Origin: Lacunisphaera sp.
Lineage (GTDB): Bacteria; Verrucomicrobiota; Verrucomicrobiia; Opitutales; Opitutaceae
Direction of reading: 5' to 3'
Assembly (NCBI GenBank): GCA_043738215.1
Contig: JAYUGX010000101.1
Coordinates: forward strand, 2,961 to 66,960
Length of the DNA: 64,000 nucleotides
The position numbers were made by a program, and so were the translations under genes. Within the stretch, counting starts at the first letter, position 1. Each line of letters starts with the position of its first letter. Shown piece by piece: positions 9,670 through 20,380 of the stretch. The notes under the pieces are model-generated. The model had not been told where the DNA came from. It worked only from the letters and a program-made list of their open reading frames with translations, and did no database searches.

Positions 9670-10326
9670 CTGGCTGGCCTCGACATACAGGGCGGCGGCC
9701 TGGGCGCGCCGGGCGATGTTCAGCTTGGTGAAGATCGTCGCCACATAGTTTTTGACCGTCTTTTCAGACAGGCTGAGCTGGTCGCCAATCTCCTTGTTCG
9801 TCTTCCCCTCCGCCAGCAAGGCCACCACGCGACGCTCCTGGGGCGACAGGAGGTTGAGCTTGTCGGCCGCCGACTGGCTGCCGCGATGCTTCACCAGATT
9901 CATTGCCTGCCCGGCCATCGAGGGATCGAGCACGGAATTCCCTGCGGCCACGTTCCGGAGCGCCGCCGCCAGGGACGCTCCGTCATTGTCCTTGAGCAGA
10001 TAACCCAAGGCGCCCGCGCTCATGGCTTCCTGCAGGTTGCGTTCGTCACTGCTGGAGGTAAGTATCAACACCCGGGCTTGCGGGCGCACCTTGAGCAGGT
10101 CGCGGCAGGCGACCAGTCCGGATTTGTCCGGCAAGTGCAGATCCAGCAACACCACGTCGGGTTTCAGCTGGCCCACGGCCGTCACGCCGGCGGCGGCCGT
10201 GCCGGCCTCGCCCACAATCACAATTTCCGCGCAATCCTCGAGTGCGCTGCGCAGCCCCAGCCGGATGAGGGGGCTGTCATCCACCAGCAGCACCCGGATG
10301 GTTTTGACGTCTGGCGCAGTGCTCAT
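9652..10326 (-). CDS. NarL/LuxR-family response regulator
   Basis: REC domain plus LSPQE..V..L.AEG.TNKEI...L.LSEKTVKNY HTH. Confidence 0.95.
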   Translation of the reverse strand: MSTAPDVKTIRVLLVDDSPLIRLGLRSALEDCAEIVIVGEAGTAAAGVTAVGQLKPDVVLLDLHLPDKSGLVACRDLLKVRPQARVLILTSSSDERNLQEAMSAGALGYLLKDNDGASLAAALRNVAAGNSVLDPSMAGQAMNLVKHRGSQSAADKLNLLSPQERRVVALLAEGKTNKEIGDQLSLSEKTVKNYVATIFTKLNIARRAQAAALYVEASQSGRAV

Positions 10327-11582
10327 GCGGGCGAAGCAACGGGCAGGGTGAGCAATACGCGAGTCCCTTTTCCCGGGGCGGACTCGACGCGCAGCTGGCC
10401 GCCGAGCGCGACGGCCCGCGCCTGCATGTTGGTCAGGCCGTGGCCCGTGCCGGGGTGAGCCGGTCCGGCGGTGAAACCGCGGCCGTCATCCTGCACGGCC
10501 AAGGCGAACTCCTGGTCGCTCCGGCCGGCGAGCAGCGTGATATGGCGGGCGCGGCCGTGGCGCAGACTGTTGCTCACGGCCTCCCGCAGGATGTTCATGA
10601 TTTCCGCGATCTGGTGCGAGGGGATGAGTTCGACCGCCGCCACGTCGAGCCGTTGCTCGATGCGCACCTCGCCATCCGTCGGCAGAGAACCAAGCATGCC
10701 GGCCACGGCCCCGGCAAATGACTGGCCGTTGACCCGGGCCGGCTCGAGCTCCTGCAGGTAGGCGCGCACTTCCTGGTTCAGGCGGCGCAACTCGGTCATG
10801 CACTGGTCCACGCGTTGCTTCATTTCCGCGGGCAATGGTGCTTTTTTCTGCACGCTCTCCAGGGTCAAGCAGACGGCGTAAAGGGTCTGGCAGATATTGT
10901 CATGCAGTTCGCGGCCCAGGCGCACGCGCTCGGCCACCGAATGGCCCAGCAGGGTGCGGTTGACCTGCAAATCCTCCTCGGCGCGCACCCGGGCGCCGTG
11001 CTCCTGCTCCAGGGCCACGGTGCGCTCGTTGGATATTTTGGCGAAATGTTCCATCCCGAACGCCTGGGCGCGGGTGTCGGCCCAGGGTGCGCGGGAGCCT
11101 CCGTCCAGCGGCAGCGCACTGCGCGATTCCAAGGCGACAATCAACAGTGGCACGAGGGCGAGCAGAAGGGCGAGCAGCACGATGACCGCGACCATTCGCT
11201 CGTGCAGTATCTGCACGCGCAGCAAGGCCGGAGGGGCAAAGGCAACCCGGACCTGCCAGCCGGGCGCGCCAGTCACTTCTTGGGTGAAGGTGAGGGCGGA
11301 GGCGGCGTGCGCTCCGGCCGGGGGCGGCAAGTCGGACCGGAATAATTCCACCGTGCCGTCCAGCATGGCGCCGAGTTCGCGCTGGAAAGCCTGGTCCCAT
11401 TTTTCCGGCGGCCGGCCACTCTCAATCACCGCCCGCGCCAGCCGCGCCCGTTGATCCTCGATCACAACTGTCTGCAGCTGCCTGGTCTCCCGGTTCAGCC
11501 ACCACTGCAGCGTCAGCGCCGCGCTCAAAAAGAGCAGGAGCAGCAGCAGGGCCAGGCCAAGCGAGCGTGTGTTGAGGTTCAT
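10323..11582 (-). CDS. Membrane sensor histidine kinase (HisKA_3)
   Basis: Two TM segments, RELHD H-box, EAVSNSLRH, DDGRGF, GHGL..M..R; overlaps response regulator start. Confidence 0.93.
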   Translation of the reverse strand: MNLNTRSLGLALLLLLLFLSAALTLQWWLNRETRQLQTVVIEDQRARLARAVIESGRPPEKWDQAFQRELGAMLDGTVELFRSDLPPPAGAHAASALTFTQEVTGAPGWQVRVAFAPPALLRVQILHERMVAVIVLLALLLALVPLLIVALESRSALPLDGGSRAPWADTRAQAFGMEHFAKISNERTVALEQEHGARVRAEEDLQVNRTLLGHSVAERVRLGRELHDNICQTLYAVCLTLESVQKKAPLPAEMKQRVDQCMTELRRLNQEVRAYLQELEPARVNGQSFAGAVAGMLGSLPTDGEVRIEQRLDVAAVELIPSHQIAEIMNILREAVSNSLRHGRARHITLLAGRSDQEFALAVQDDGRGFTAGPAHPGTGHGLTNMQARAVALGGQLRVESAPGKGTRVLLTLPVASPA

Positions 11583-11676
11583 GGTCGGGCTTTTAGGGTG
11601 CAGAATAGACCGTCCGAGGCGAGCGCGTCAAAACCTTCGACAAATGCCCCGGGGCAGGTAGGTTTTTGACCCTTTT

Positions 11677-13209
11677 ATGCAGTCTTTCTATATCACGACC
11701 GCCATCGACTATGTGAACGGGTCGCCGCACGTGGGCCACGCCTATGAAAAGGTGCTGACCGACGTCATCGCGCGCTTCCGCCGGCAGATGGGCGACCGGG
11801 TGCATTTTCTGACCGGGGCCGACGAGCACGGGCAGAAGGTCCAGGCCAGCGCCCGGGCGCGCGGCATCCCGCCGCAAAAGTATGTCGACGAGACCAGCGC
11901 GGTATTCCGGGCGTTGCTGCCCAAACTCAACATATCCAACGACGATTTCATCCGCACCACCGAGGATCGGCATAAGAAGGTCGTTCGCACCGTGCTCCAG
12001 CAGCTTTTCGACGACAAGAGGATCTACCAGGCGGAATACAAGGGCTTCTACTCGACGCGCCAGGAGCAGTTTCTCCAGGAAAAGGACCGGTTGCCGGACG
12101 GCTCCTGGCCTGAGATCTTCGGCGAAGTCACCGAGATCACCGAGACAAATTACTTCTTCCGGCTCGCGCAATATCAGGACTGGCTGGTGGAGTTTCTGAC
12201 GGAAAATAAGCTATTTATTTTTCCTCCCCACCGCCAAAAAGAGGTGCTGGAGTTCTTGAAAGAACCGCTCAATGACCTCTGCATCTCGCGGCCCAAGGAG
12301 CGCCTCGAGTGGGGCATCCCGCTGCCGTTCGACGAAAACTACGTCACCTACGTCTGGTTCGATGCGTTGATCAATTATTACTCGGCGGTCGTGGACCGGC
12401 CGGAGATATGGCGCGAGGCGCACCACGTCATCGGCAAGGATATCCTGGTGCCGCCCCACGCCGTTTACTGGCCCATCATGCTGCACGCGGCCGGCATCCC
12501 GCTGCCCAAGGGTATCATCGTCCATGGCTGGTGGCTGCAGAGCGGAGCGAAAATGTCGAAGAGCACGGGTGCGACCGTTAATCCACTCGCGTTCGTCGAT
12601 GAGTTTGGCGTCGACGCCTTCCGCTACTTCCTGATCCGCGAAATGAATGTCGGCCAGGACAGCGAGTTCACCCGCGAGCAGTTTCTCGTGCGCTACAACA
12701 GTGAACTGGCGAACAATCTCGGCAATCTCGTCAACCGCACCCTCAACATGACGACCCGCTTTGCCGGCGGTGCGGTGCCGGCGGCCGGAGCCGCCGGGGA
12801 TCTTGAGCGCGCTTTGCAGGACTTGTGGGCGAAGACCCGCGATGAATTCATCCCCCTCTGCGAGGGTTTCCAGTTTCACACGGCGCTGGAGCGCGCCATG
12901 TTTTTCCTGACCGAGACCAACGCCTACATTGAGAAGCGCGCGCCGTGGAAACTCGGCAAGTCTTCCGACCCGGCGGACCAGGCTCTGCTTTGCACCTCGC
13001 TGGCCACGATGGCCGAGGCGCTCCGGCTTGCGGCCGCGCTCATCCAGCACGTCACGCCCGCGACCACGGAGCGGATCAACGCCGTGCTCGGCCATGCACC
13101 GGGAACGGCCTGGCGCGACGAACTGAAGTGGGGGACCAAGCTCAATGGCGCCAAGGTGGCCCCGGCACTGGTGCTTTTCCCGCGTCCCGCGTCGGCCGAC
13201 AAGTCGTGA
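11677..13209 (+). CDS. metG: Methionine--tRNA ligase (short form)
   Basis: YITTAIDYVN..HVGH, YVWFDAL.NY, IGKDI, KMSKS. Confidence 0.97.
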   Translation: MQSFYITTAIDYVNGSPHVGHAYEKVLTDVIARFRRQMGDRVHFLTGADEHGQKVQASARARGIPPQKYVDETSAVFRALLPKLNISNDDFIRTTEDRHKKVVRTVLQQLFDDKRIYQAEYKGFYSTRQEQFLQEKDRLPDGSWPEIFGEVTEITETNYFFRLAQYQDWLVEFLTENKLFIFPPHRQKEVLEFLKEPLNDLCISRPKERLEWGIPLPFDENYVTYVWFDALINYYSAVVDRPEIWREAHHVIGKDILVPPHAVYWPIMLHAAGIPLPKGIIVHGWWLQSGAKMSKSTGATVNPLAFVDEFGVDAFRYFLIREMNVGQDSEFTREQFLVRYNSELANNLGNLVNRTLNMTTRFAGGAVPAAGAAGDLERALQDLWAKTRDEFIPLCEGFQFHTALERAMFFLTETNAYIEKRAPWKLGKSSDPADQALLCTSLATMAEALRLAAALIQHVTPATTERINAVLGHAPGTAWRDELKWGTKLNGAKVAPALVLFPRPASADKS

Positions 13210-14630
13210 AAATCCTGCCGGTCAATCCGACCGAGAACGTCACGCCCGAGTCGCTGCACGCGTTTCTGGTCCAATGCTGCACGCTGGCCCGCGAGGCCGG
13301 CCGGCCCCAGCTCGTCAGCATCAGCCTGGCGGTCGACCACCTCGATCCGCTGGCGGTGCTGGAATCGATCTTCGACCCCGCCCAGCTGCATTTCTACGCC
13401 GAGCGGCCGGCGCAGGGTTTCGCCGTGGCCGGGGCGGAGGCGGTGCTGGAATTCACGTCCGCCGGCCCGGAACGCTTTGGCGCCGCCCGGGACTACATTG
13501 CGCAGGTGCTGGCGGACACCATCGCGGTCGGTCCACTCGACGTGCCGTTTGCCGGGCCGCATTTCTTTTTCGCCAACGGCTTTTCCGCTGACACCGCCGC
13601 CGGGGCCGCGTTTCCGGCCTTGCGACTGTTTGTGCCGCGCTGGCAGGTGGCGCGCAGCGGGGACAGCACGGTCGCCGTCGCCAACCTGCTGGTCACGGCC
13701 GACGCACCGGTCGACCTGATGGCGGCCAAGGTTTGGAAGGCGCACGCCAAGTTCCGGGCCTTCGATTATCGCAGTGCGCAGCGCAAGGAGCGTCCTTCCG
13801 CACCGATCCAAGCCGAGGAAATCGGTGGCGCAGGCGCCTACCAGCGCGCCGTCACCGAGGCTTTGACCGAGATTGCGCGGGGTGATTACCAGAAGGTCGT
13901 GCTGGCGCGGGCCCGGCGGCTGACGACCCCCGAGAAATTTCACCCGCTCGGCGTGCTCAATCACCTGCGCCAGCATTATCCCAGTTGCTACGCCTTTTCG
14001 ATCGCGAACGGCCGGGGCCAGAGCTTCATCGGCGTGAGCCCGGAGCGGCTGGTGCGCGTCTCGGGCGGCCGGATGCACACCGAGGCGCTGGCCGGGTCGG
14101 CGCCGCGCGGCGAATCGGCCAGCGAGGACGCCGCGCTCGCCCGGGCCCTCTTGCAAAGTGAGAAGGACCTGCGCGAGCACCGGCTGGTCCTCGAGTCCAT
14201 CGCCCGGCGGGTGGCGGACCTGGACTTGAAGCTTGAGCATGCGGACCAGCCGCGGCTGCTCGGCCTCGCCAATGTGCACCACCTGCATCTGCCAATCAGC
14301 GCCACGCTGCCGGCGGGCACGCACATCCTCGAATTGCTGGCCCGCCTGCACCCGACGCCGGCGGTCGGTGGCACGCCGCGTGCGCCGGCCGCGGCCGCCA
14401 TTGCCCGGCTTGAACCGTTTGACCGCGGGCTTTACGCCGGGCCACAGGGGTGGGTGGATCACCGCGGTGGCGGGGAATTTTTCGTTGGCATCCGTTCGGC
14501 CCTGGTCGATGGCCACACGGCGCTGGTCTATGCCGGCGCGGGCATCGTGGCGGGCTCTTCGCCCGAGAAGGAATTTGCGGAAACGGAATTGAAGTTCAAG
14601 GCTCTCATCGAAGCCCTCACCCACGCATGA
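13206..14630 (+). CDS. menF: Isochorismate synthase
   Basis: KVVLAR, SPERL, ALAGS, KDLREH, LHPTPAVGG, AGAGIV; directly upstream of menD. Confidence 0.92.
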   Translation: MKILPVNPTENVTPESLHAFLVQCCTLAREAGRPQLVSISLAVDHLDPLAVLESIFDPAQLHFYAERPAQGFAVAGAEAVLEFTSAGPERFGAARDYIAQVLADTIAVGPLDVPFAGPHFFFANGFSADTAAGAAFPALRLFVPRWQVARSGDSTVAVANLLVTADAPVDLMAAKVWKAHAKFRAFDYRSAQRKERPSAPIQAEEIGGAGAYQRAVTEALTEIARGDYQKVVLARARRLTTPEKFHPLGVLNHLRQHYPSCYAFSIANGRGQSFIGVSPERLVRVSGGRMHTEALAGSAPRGESASEDAALARALLQSEKDLREHRLVLESIARRVADLDLKLEHADQPRLLGLANVHHLHLPISATLPAGTHILELLARLHPTPAVGGTPRAPAAAAIARLEPFDRGLYAGPQGWVDHRGGGEFFVGIRSALVDGHTALVYAGAGIVAGSSPEKEFAETELKFKALIEALTHA

Positions 14631-16384
14631 CCAACGCCCCCGAGTCTTCGTTGGATTTCCGCAACACCAACACCCTTTGGTGCAGCGTGCTGGTCGAGAC
14701 GCTCGTGCAGCGCGGAGTGCGTCGCGCCGTGATTTCGCCGGGCTCGCGCTCCGCGCCGCTCACGATCGCCCTGGCCCGGAACCCTGAGATCGAGGCGATC
14801 CCCGTGCTGGACGAGCGGTCGGCGGCATTCTTCGCGCTCGGCCTGGCCAAGCAGCGGGGGCGTCCCGTGGCGCTGGTCTGCACCTCCGGCACCGCGGCGG
14901 CCAATTTTCTTCCCGCGATTGTCGAGGCCCGGGAAACCGGCGTGCCCCTGCTGGTGCTGACGGCCGACCGGCCGTCGGAACTGCGCGACTGTCACTCGGG
15001 CCAGACCATCGACCAGGTGAAGATCTACGGCGGCTACGTGAACCACCAACATGAGTGCGCCGTGCCGGAGGCGACGATGCCCATGCTCCGCTACCTGCGG
15101 CAGACGGTGGCGCACGCCGTGGAACGCTGCCTGCAGCCCGTCGCGGGTCCGGTGCATCTCAACTGCCCTTTCCGTGACCCGCTGGCGCCGCTGCCTCAGG
15201 CCCTGCCGGCCGGGATCAACGTCGCGGCTTTCCGGGGATTCTTCGCCGGCCTGCAGGATTACTGGCCGGGTAACGGCGTGGTGGAAGTGGCTTTGGGCGG
15301 GCCGCTCTGGCCGAAGCTCACCGACCAGTCACGGGGCGTTATCGTGGTCGGACCCAACGAACCGGTTTCCGGGGATTTGTTTGCGCAAAACGTCGGCCGG
15401 ATATCCCACGCCCTGGGCTGGCCGGTGCTGGCCGACGCTCTCTCGCCCTTACGGACCCACGCCGCCACGGCGGGCCACCTCGTCGTCCACTACGATACGC
15501 TGCTGCGGAATGAAAAGCTGGCCACTGCCCTGCAACCGGTCCAGGTGGTCTGCATCGGCGGCTGGCCCACGAGCAAGGTGCTGCGGGCGTGGCTGCAGCG
15601 GGCGGATCCGGAGACTGTGATCGTGACCGAGTGGTCGGCCAACCAGGACGCCCTGCACCTGCGCACAAGTTTTGCCCGCTGCGACCTGACGGCCTGGAGC
15701 CACGGCTTCCGAGGCAAGAAACGTTTGCCGCCTTACGCGAAGCAGTGGCTCGACGCGGACAAGAAAACCAGCCGGGCGCTGGCCGCCGAGTTGCGGAAAA
15801 TCAAGGGACTCGTCGAGCCGCAATGGGTCGGGGTGCTGGCGCGCGAGCTGCCGGCGCGGACAACTTGCTTCATTGCGAGCTCAATGCCGGTGCGCGATGC
15901 GGAATATTTCTGGCCGGCGGGCAATGGCCGCCAGCAGTTTCGCTTCAACCGCGGAGCGAATGGCATCGACGGCACGCTCTCGACCGCCCTGGGCACAGCC
16001 CACGGCGGCGCCCCGGCTGTGCTCGTGACTGGCGATCTCGCGCTGCTGCACGACACCAATGGATTTCTGCTCAGGCCCAAGTTCAAGGGCAGCCTGACCG
16101 TTGTGCTCATCAACAACGAGGGCGGCGGCATCTTCCAGCATCTGCCCGTCGCGCAATTCAACCCGCCCTTCGAGGAATTCTTCGCCACGCCACAGGAAGC
16201 CGGCTTCAAAAAACTTTGCTCAACCTACGGGGTGGCGCATGTGCGGGTGCGCGATGCCCAGCACCTGGCAGTTCTTGTGGCGAAGCTGCCGTCGCGGGGC
16301 ATCCGCGTGCTGGAGTTGCGCACCGACCGGAAGCGGGACGCGGGTTTCCGGCAGATTCTCTTTGCCCGGCTGGCCGGCGTTTGA
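14627..16384 (+). CDS. menD: SEPHCHC synthase
   Basis: SPGSRSAPL, DERSAAFFALG, TSGTA, NRGANGIDG, GDLA..HD motifs. Confidence 0.97.
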   Translation: MTNAPESSLDFRNTNTLWCSVLVETLVQRGVRRAVISPGSRSAPLTIALARNPEIEAIPVLDERSAAFFALGLAKQRGRPVALVCTSGTAAANFLPAIVEARETGVPLLVLTADRPSELRDCHSGQTIDQVKIYGGYVNHQHECAVPEATMPMLRYLRQTVAHAVERCLQPVAGPVHLNCPFRDPLAPLPQALPAGINVAAFRGFFAGLQDYWPGNGVVEVALGGPLWPKLTDQSRGVIVVGPNEPVSGDLFAQNVGRISHALGWPVLADALSPLRTHAATAGHLVVHYDTLLRNEKLATALQPVQVVCIGGWPTSKVLRAWLQRADPETVIVTEWSANQDALHLRTSFARCDLTAWSHGFRGKKRLPPYAKQWLDADKKTSRALAAELRKIKGLVEPQWVGVLARELPARTTCFIASSMPVRDAEYFWPAGNGRQQFRFNRGANGIDGTLSTALGTAHGGAPAVLVTGDLALLHDTNGFLLRPKFKGSLTVVLINNEGGGIFQHLPVAQFNPPFEEFFATPQEAGFKKLCSTYGVAHVRVRDAQHLAVLVAKLPSRGIRVLELRTDRKRDAGFRQILFARLAGV

Positions 16385-16387
16385 CCC

Positions 16388-17479
16388 CTACTGCTCGAGC
16401 GGCAGCTGGATGCTGAAGGCCGTGCCGGAGTTCGAGGTGGTGTAATCAAGGGAGCCGTGATGCGCCGTGACGATGGAACGGGCGATCGCCAGGCCGAGGC
16501 CGGTGCCGCCGGATTTGCCGTGGCTGACGAAAGGCTCGAAGAGCGAGGCCCGGACATCCTTGGCGACGCCCGGCCCGTTGTCCGCCACGGTGATGATGCA
16601 CTGGGTATGCAGCCGCCGGGCAGAAATGGTGATGCGGCTGTTCGGGCGCTTGCCGAGCGCTTCGCGGGCGTTGGTCACGAGGTTCTGGAGCACGCGCAGG
16701 AAACGGTCGGCGTCGAGCGGCAGCTCCAGGGTGTTGGGCTTGCAGTGCAATTTCACGCCGGCGCGGCCCAGCGTCACGACATTGTTCTCCCGCAACTGGG
16801 CGAAGACCTCGCTGAGCCGGACCGATTTGAGGCGGAGGCGGGTTTCCCCGCGGGCGAACTCCAGCACTTCCTCGACCATGCCCCCGAGCCGGGTGACCTG
16901 GCGGAGAATCATGGCGCACAGATCCTGCGTTTTCGGGTCACCGTGCCGCTTGGCCAGGAGCTCGGTGGCGAGTTTGATGGTGGCGAAAGGGCCGCGAAAA
17001 TCGTGGATCATCGTGTTGGCCATCTCCCCGATGAGGGTGATCTTCTCCTTGCGGACGACCTCGCCGACGTAGCGGGCGTTGGTGGCGCGCAGGTCTTCAC
17101 TGACGTGGCTGAAGAGCCGGAGCACCGTGTGCCACGAGGACTGGGAGAGCAGTTGCAGAAACGGCTTTTGCGGCAGGCGGCCGAGCTGCACGGGGCCGTC
17201 GGCGGTGGCGGCGGTGCTGCGGGTCGAGCCGTCCAGCACGCCGAGTTCGCCGAAATAGTCGTCGGGCCCCTTGTAGGCGATGACCTGTTGGGCCCCGCCG
17301 GGCGTCTTCTTCGTCAGGACGATGCGCCCGGTGAAGACCAGGTAAATGCAATTGGAGACGCTGTCCTCCTCAAAAATCAGGGCCTTGTGCGGGTAGCGGA
17401 CGAGCCGCACCTGCTGGGCCAGCTTGGCTCCCTGCGCGGCGGGGAAATGGCTGATGAAGCGGTGCGAGCGGATGTCCAT
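16388..17479 (-). CDS. Cytoplasmic cNMP-binding-domain histidine kinase
   Basis: FGELGVLDG..RSTAA cNMP fold, HDFRGP H-box, NL..NA, DNGPG, GTGLGL. Confidence 0.92.
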   Translation of the reverse strand: MDIRSHRFISHFPAAQGAKLAQQVRLVRYPHKALIFEEDSVSNCIYLVFTGRIVLTKKTPGGAQQVIAYKGPDDYFGELGVLDGSTRSTAATADGPVQLGRLPQKPFLQLLSQSSWHTVLRLFSHVSEDLRATNARYVGEVVRKEKITLIGEMANTMIHDFRGPFATIKLATELLAKRHGDPKTQDLCAMILRQVTRLGGMVEEVLEFARGETRLRLKSVRLSEVFAQLRENNVVTLGRAGVKLHCKPNTLELPLDADRFLRVLQNLVTNAREALGKRPNSRITISARRLHTQCIITVADNGPGVAKDVRASLFEPFVSHGKSGGTGLGLAIARSIVTAHHGSLDYTTSNSGTAFSIQLPLEQ

Positions 17480-17519
17480 TCACCCCACCCAAACAGTCCG
17501 CCGCATCCCGCGCAAGCCG

Positions 17520-19436
17520 CTAGAGCTGGATCGGCATGCCGACCTCGATGATCTGCATCGGCGGGAGACGGTAGTAATCGCGGACCTGGCGTGCGTTCCG
17601 GCTGAGGAAGGCGTAGAAATGCTTCTGCCACTCAAACATCTTCGCGTCACCGCCGGTGATGATCATCTCGCGGTTGAAGTAGTAGGTGGCTTCGTTGAGC
17701 TTCAGCGGCACGCCGGCGTCGCGGACCTTATCCATGAGCGTGGAGACGTCGGGCGATTCCATGTAACCGTAATGGGCCACGGCGCGCCAGACCCCGTGAC
17801 CGATCTCACTGACCGTGAAGCGCTCGTCCTCGTCCACGGTGGGGACGTCCTCCGTGGTGATGCTCAGCAGCACGACGGTTTCGTGGAGCACCTTGTTGGC
17901 CTTGACGTGGTGGAGCAGCACGAGCGGGGTGCCCGTGGGGTTGCCGGCCATGAACACGCCGGTGCCGCGCACGCGGGCGACGCGCTCGCTGTTCGCGATA
18001 TTGCGCAGCTCGTCCTCGGTGATCTCGTTGGCGTAGATGCGGCGGAAAATCTCGGTCTTGCCGCTCTTCCAGGTGTGCATGACCGCCAGCAGGGCGAGAC
18101 CGACGATGATGGGCAGCCAGCCGCCGTCGGAAAACTTATGGAGGTTCGCCGCGATGAACGCGGCCTCGATGGTGACGAAAACGACGGCGAGGGGCAGGAT
18201 TCTCCACCAACCCCACGACCAGCGCAGCCGGGCGACGCGAAAGAACGCCAGGGTGGTGACGAGCATGGTGCCGGTCACGGCAATGCCGTAGGCCGCGGCC
18301 AGCCGCTCGCTGGAGCCGAAGGTCAGCACGACGTAGATGGAACCGAGGGCGAGAGCGATGTTGACCAGCGGCAGGTAAATCTGCCCGAAATGCAGGGCGT
18401 TGGTATATTGGATCTTCAGGCGCGGAAAATAGCCGAGCTGGATCGCCTGCCGCGTGAGCGAGAAGGTGCCGGAGATGAGCGCCTGGCTGGCGATGATGGC
18501 CGCCCCGATGGACAGGCCGATGAGGCACAGTCGCGGCATGCCCTCCGGCACGAGGGCGAAGAAGAGATTGCCGATGTCCGCCGGATGCTGGAGGGCAAAA
18601 GCCCCCTGGCCGAAGTAGTTCAGCAGCAGGCCGGGGAAGGCGATGCCATACCAGGCGAGGGAGATGTATTTGCGCCCGAAGTGGCCCATGTCGGCGTAGA
18701 GCGCCTCCGCGCCCGTGATGGCGAGCACCACCGCGCCGAGAATGACCGCGGCGTAGCCGGGATGGCCGCGCAGCAGGTTGACGCCATGCATCGGGTTGAG
18801 CGCCGCCAGCACGCCGGGATTGTCCACGATATGCCACAGGCCGGTGAGCCCGATCGTGAGGAACCACAGGAGCATCACCGGTCCGAAGACGCGGCCGATT
18901 TTCTTGGTGCCCTTGAATTGGAAGTAGAACAAGCCGATCAGGATCACGCAGCTGACCGCCGGGATGTAATGCTCATAGATGGGATCGAAGCTTTTCAGTC
19001 CCTCGACCGCGCCCAGCACCGAGATGGCGGGGGTGATAACCCCGTCGCCATAGAGCAGTGCGGCGCCAAAGAGCACGACCAGCGTGAACCAGCCGATCTT
19101 GGCGGTCTTGTCGCGGTCGGGATGGGTGAGCGCCAGCAAGGCGAAGATGCCGCCTTCGCCGCGATTGTCGGCCCGCATGACAATCAGCAGGTATTTGACG
19201 CAGACCACCAGCACCAGCGCCCAGAAAACGAGCGAGAGGGCGCCGAGGATGCCCGCGGCCTGATCGTTGACCGGCAGGGCGTGCAGGCATTCCCGCAGCG
19301 CGTAAAGCGGGCTCGTGCCAATATCGCCAAAGACCACGCCCAGCGCACCGAGGGTGAGTCCAGCGCTGGCCGTAGTGGTGACCGTGTGGCCGGGGGGGTG
19401 CATACGAAGCGGCATTGTCGGGCTGCCGCCCCGCAC
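17520..19436 (-). CDS. kup: KUP/HAK/KT potassium transporter (start may be 19415 or 19403)
   Basis: GVVFGDIGTSPLY, GDGVITPAISV, EALYADMGHFG, AYGIAV. Confidence 0.97.
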   Translation of the reverse strand: MRGGSPTMPLRMHPPGHTVTTTASAGLTLGALGVVFGDIGTSPLYALRECLHALPVNDQAAGILGALSLVFWALVLVVCVKYLLIVMRADNRGEGGIFALLALTHPDRDKTAKIGWFTLVVLFGAALLYGDGVITPAISVLGAVEGLKSFDPIYEHYIPAVSCVILIGLFYFQFKGTKKIGRVFGPVMLLWFLTIGLTGLWHIVDNPGVLAALNPMHGVNLLRGHPGYAAVILGAVVLAITGAEALYADMGHFGRKYISLAWYGIAFPGLLLNYFGQGAFALQHPADIGNLFFALVPEGMPRLCLIGLSIGAAIIASQALISGTFSLTRQAIQLGYFPRLKIQYTNALHFGQIYLPLVNIALALGSIYVVLTFGSSERLAAAYGIAVTGTMLVTTLAFFRVARLRWSWGWWRILPLAVVFVTIEAAFIAANLHKFSDGGWLPIIVGLALLAVMHTWKSGKTEIFRRIYANEITEDELRNIANSERVARVRGTGVFMAGNPTGTPLVLLHHVKANKVLHETVVLLSITTEDVPTVDEDERFTVSEIGHGVWRAVAHYGYMESPDVSTLMDKVRDAGVPLKLNEATYYFNREMIITGGDAKMFEWQKHFYAFLSRNARQVRDYYRLPPMQIIEVGMPIQL

Positions 19437-19545
19437 TCCAAGCTGTTTCCATTAAAAAGCTAATACTGCTTGACGTCATTGGTAAAAAGCGGACCGGGAT
19501 GGCAAAAACGGTTGCCGCTCAGGTCTTTTCAAGCGACCTTGCCCC

Positions 19546-20379
19546 ATGCGTCCCGTCTGGAAAACCGCCAAGAAATACGAGGAAATCATCTATCAGAAGA
19601 CCGCCGGCATGGCGAAGATCACCCTCAACCGGCCGGAGAAGCGCAACGCCTTCCGCCCGCAAACCGTGGCCGAGATGCACGAGGCGCTGCTCGACGCCCG
19701 TGAGGATCAGTCCATTGGCGTGGTTTTTCTCACCGGCGCCGGTCCGGCCAAGGATGGCAAATACGCTTTCTGCTCCGGCGGCGATCAATCCGTCCGCGGC
19801 CACGGGGGCTACATTGACGGCAAGGGCGTGCCGCGGCTCAACGTCCTCGAGGTCCAGAAACTCATTCGCTCGATGCCGAAGGTGGTCATCGCACTTGTTG
19901 CCGGCTACGCCATCGGCGGCGGCCATGTGCTCCACGTCATGTGCGATCTCACCATCGCCGCCGACAATGCGATCTTCGGCCAAGTCGGCCCCAAGATGGG
20001 CAGCTTCGACGGCGGCTTTGGCTCCAGTTACCTTGCGCGGATGGTTGGCCAGAAGAAAGCCCGCGAAATCTGGTTCCTTTGCCGGCAATACAACGCCACG
20101 GAGGCGCTGGCGATGGGCCTGGTCAACAAGGTCGTGGACGTGAAACACCTCGAGGCCGAGGGCGTCGCCTGGGCGCGGGAGATTTTGCAGCGCAGCCCGC
20201 TCGCCATCCGCTGCCTGAAGTCCGCCTTCAACGCCGAGCTCGACGGCCAGAGCGGCATCCAGGAACTCGCGGGCAACGCCACCATGCTCTATTACATGAC
20301 CGAGGAGGCGAAGGAGTTCATGACCGCCCAGAAGGAGAAACGGAAACCGAAGTCCGAGAAGTTCCCATGGCTGCCGTAG
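19546..20379 (+). CDS. menB: 1,4-dihydroxy-2-naphthoyl-CoA synthase
   Basis: [34 protein letters not shown]. Confidence 0.98.
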   Translation: MRPVWKTAKKYEEIIYQKTAGMAKITLNRPEKRNAFRPQTVAEMHEALLDAREDQSIGVVFLTGAGPAKDGKYAFCSGGDQSVRGHGGYIDGKGVPRLNVLEVQKLIRSMPKVVIALVAGYAIGGGHVLHVMCDLTIAADNAIFGQVGPKMGSFDGGFGSSYLARMVGQKKAREIWFLCRQYNATEALAMGLVNKVVDVKHLEAEGVAWAREILQRSPLAIRCLKSAFNAELDGQSGIQELAGNATMLYYMTEEAKEFMTAQKEKRKPKSEKFPWLP

Positions 20380-20380
20380 G

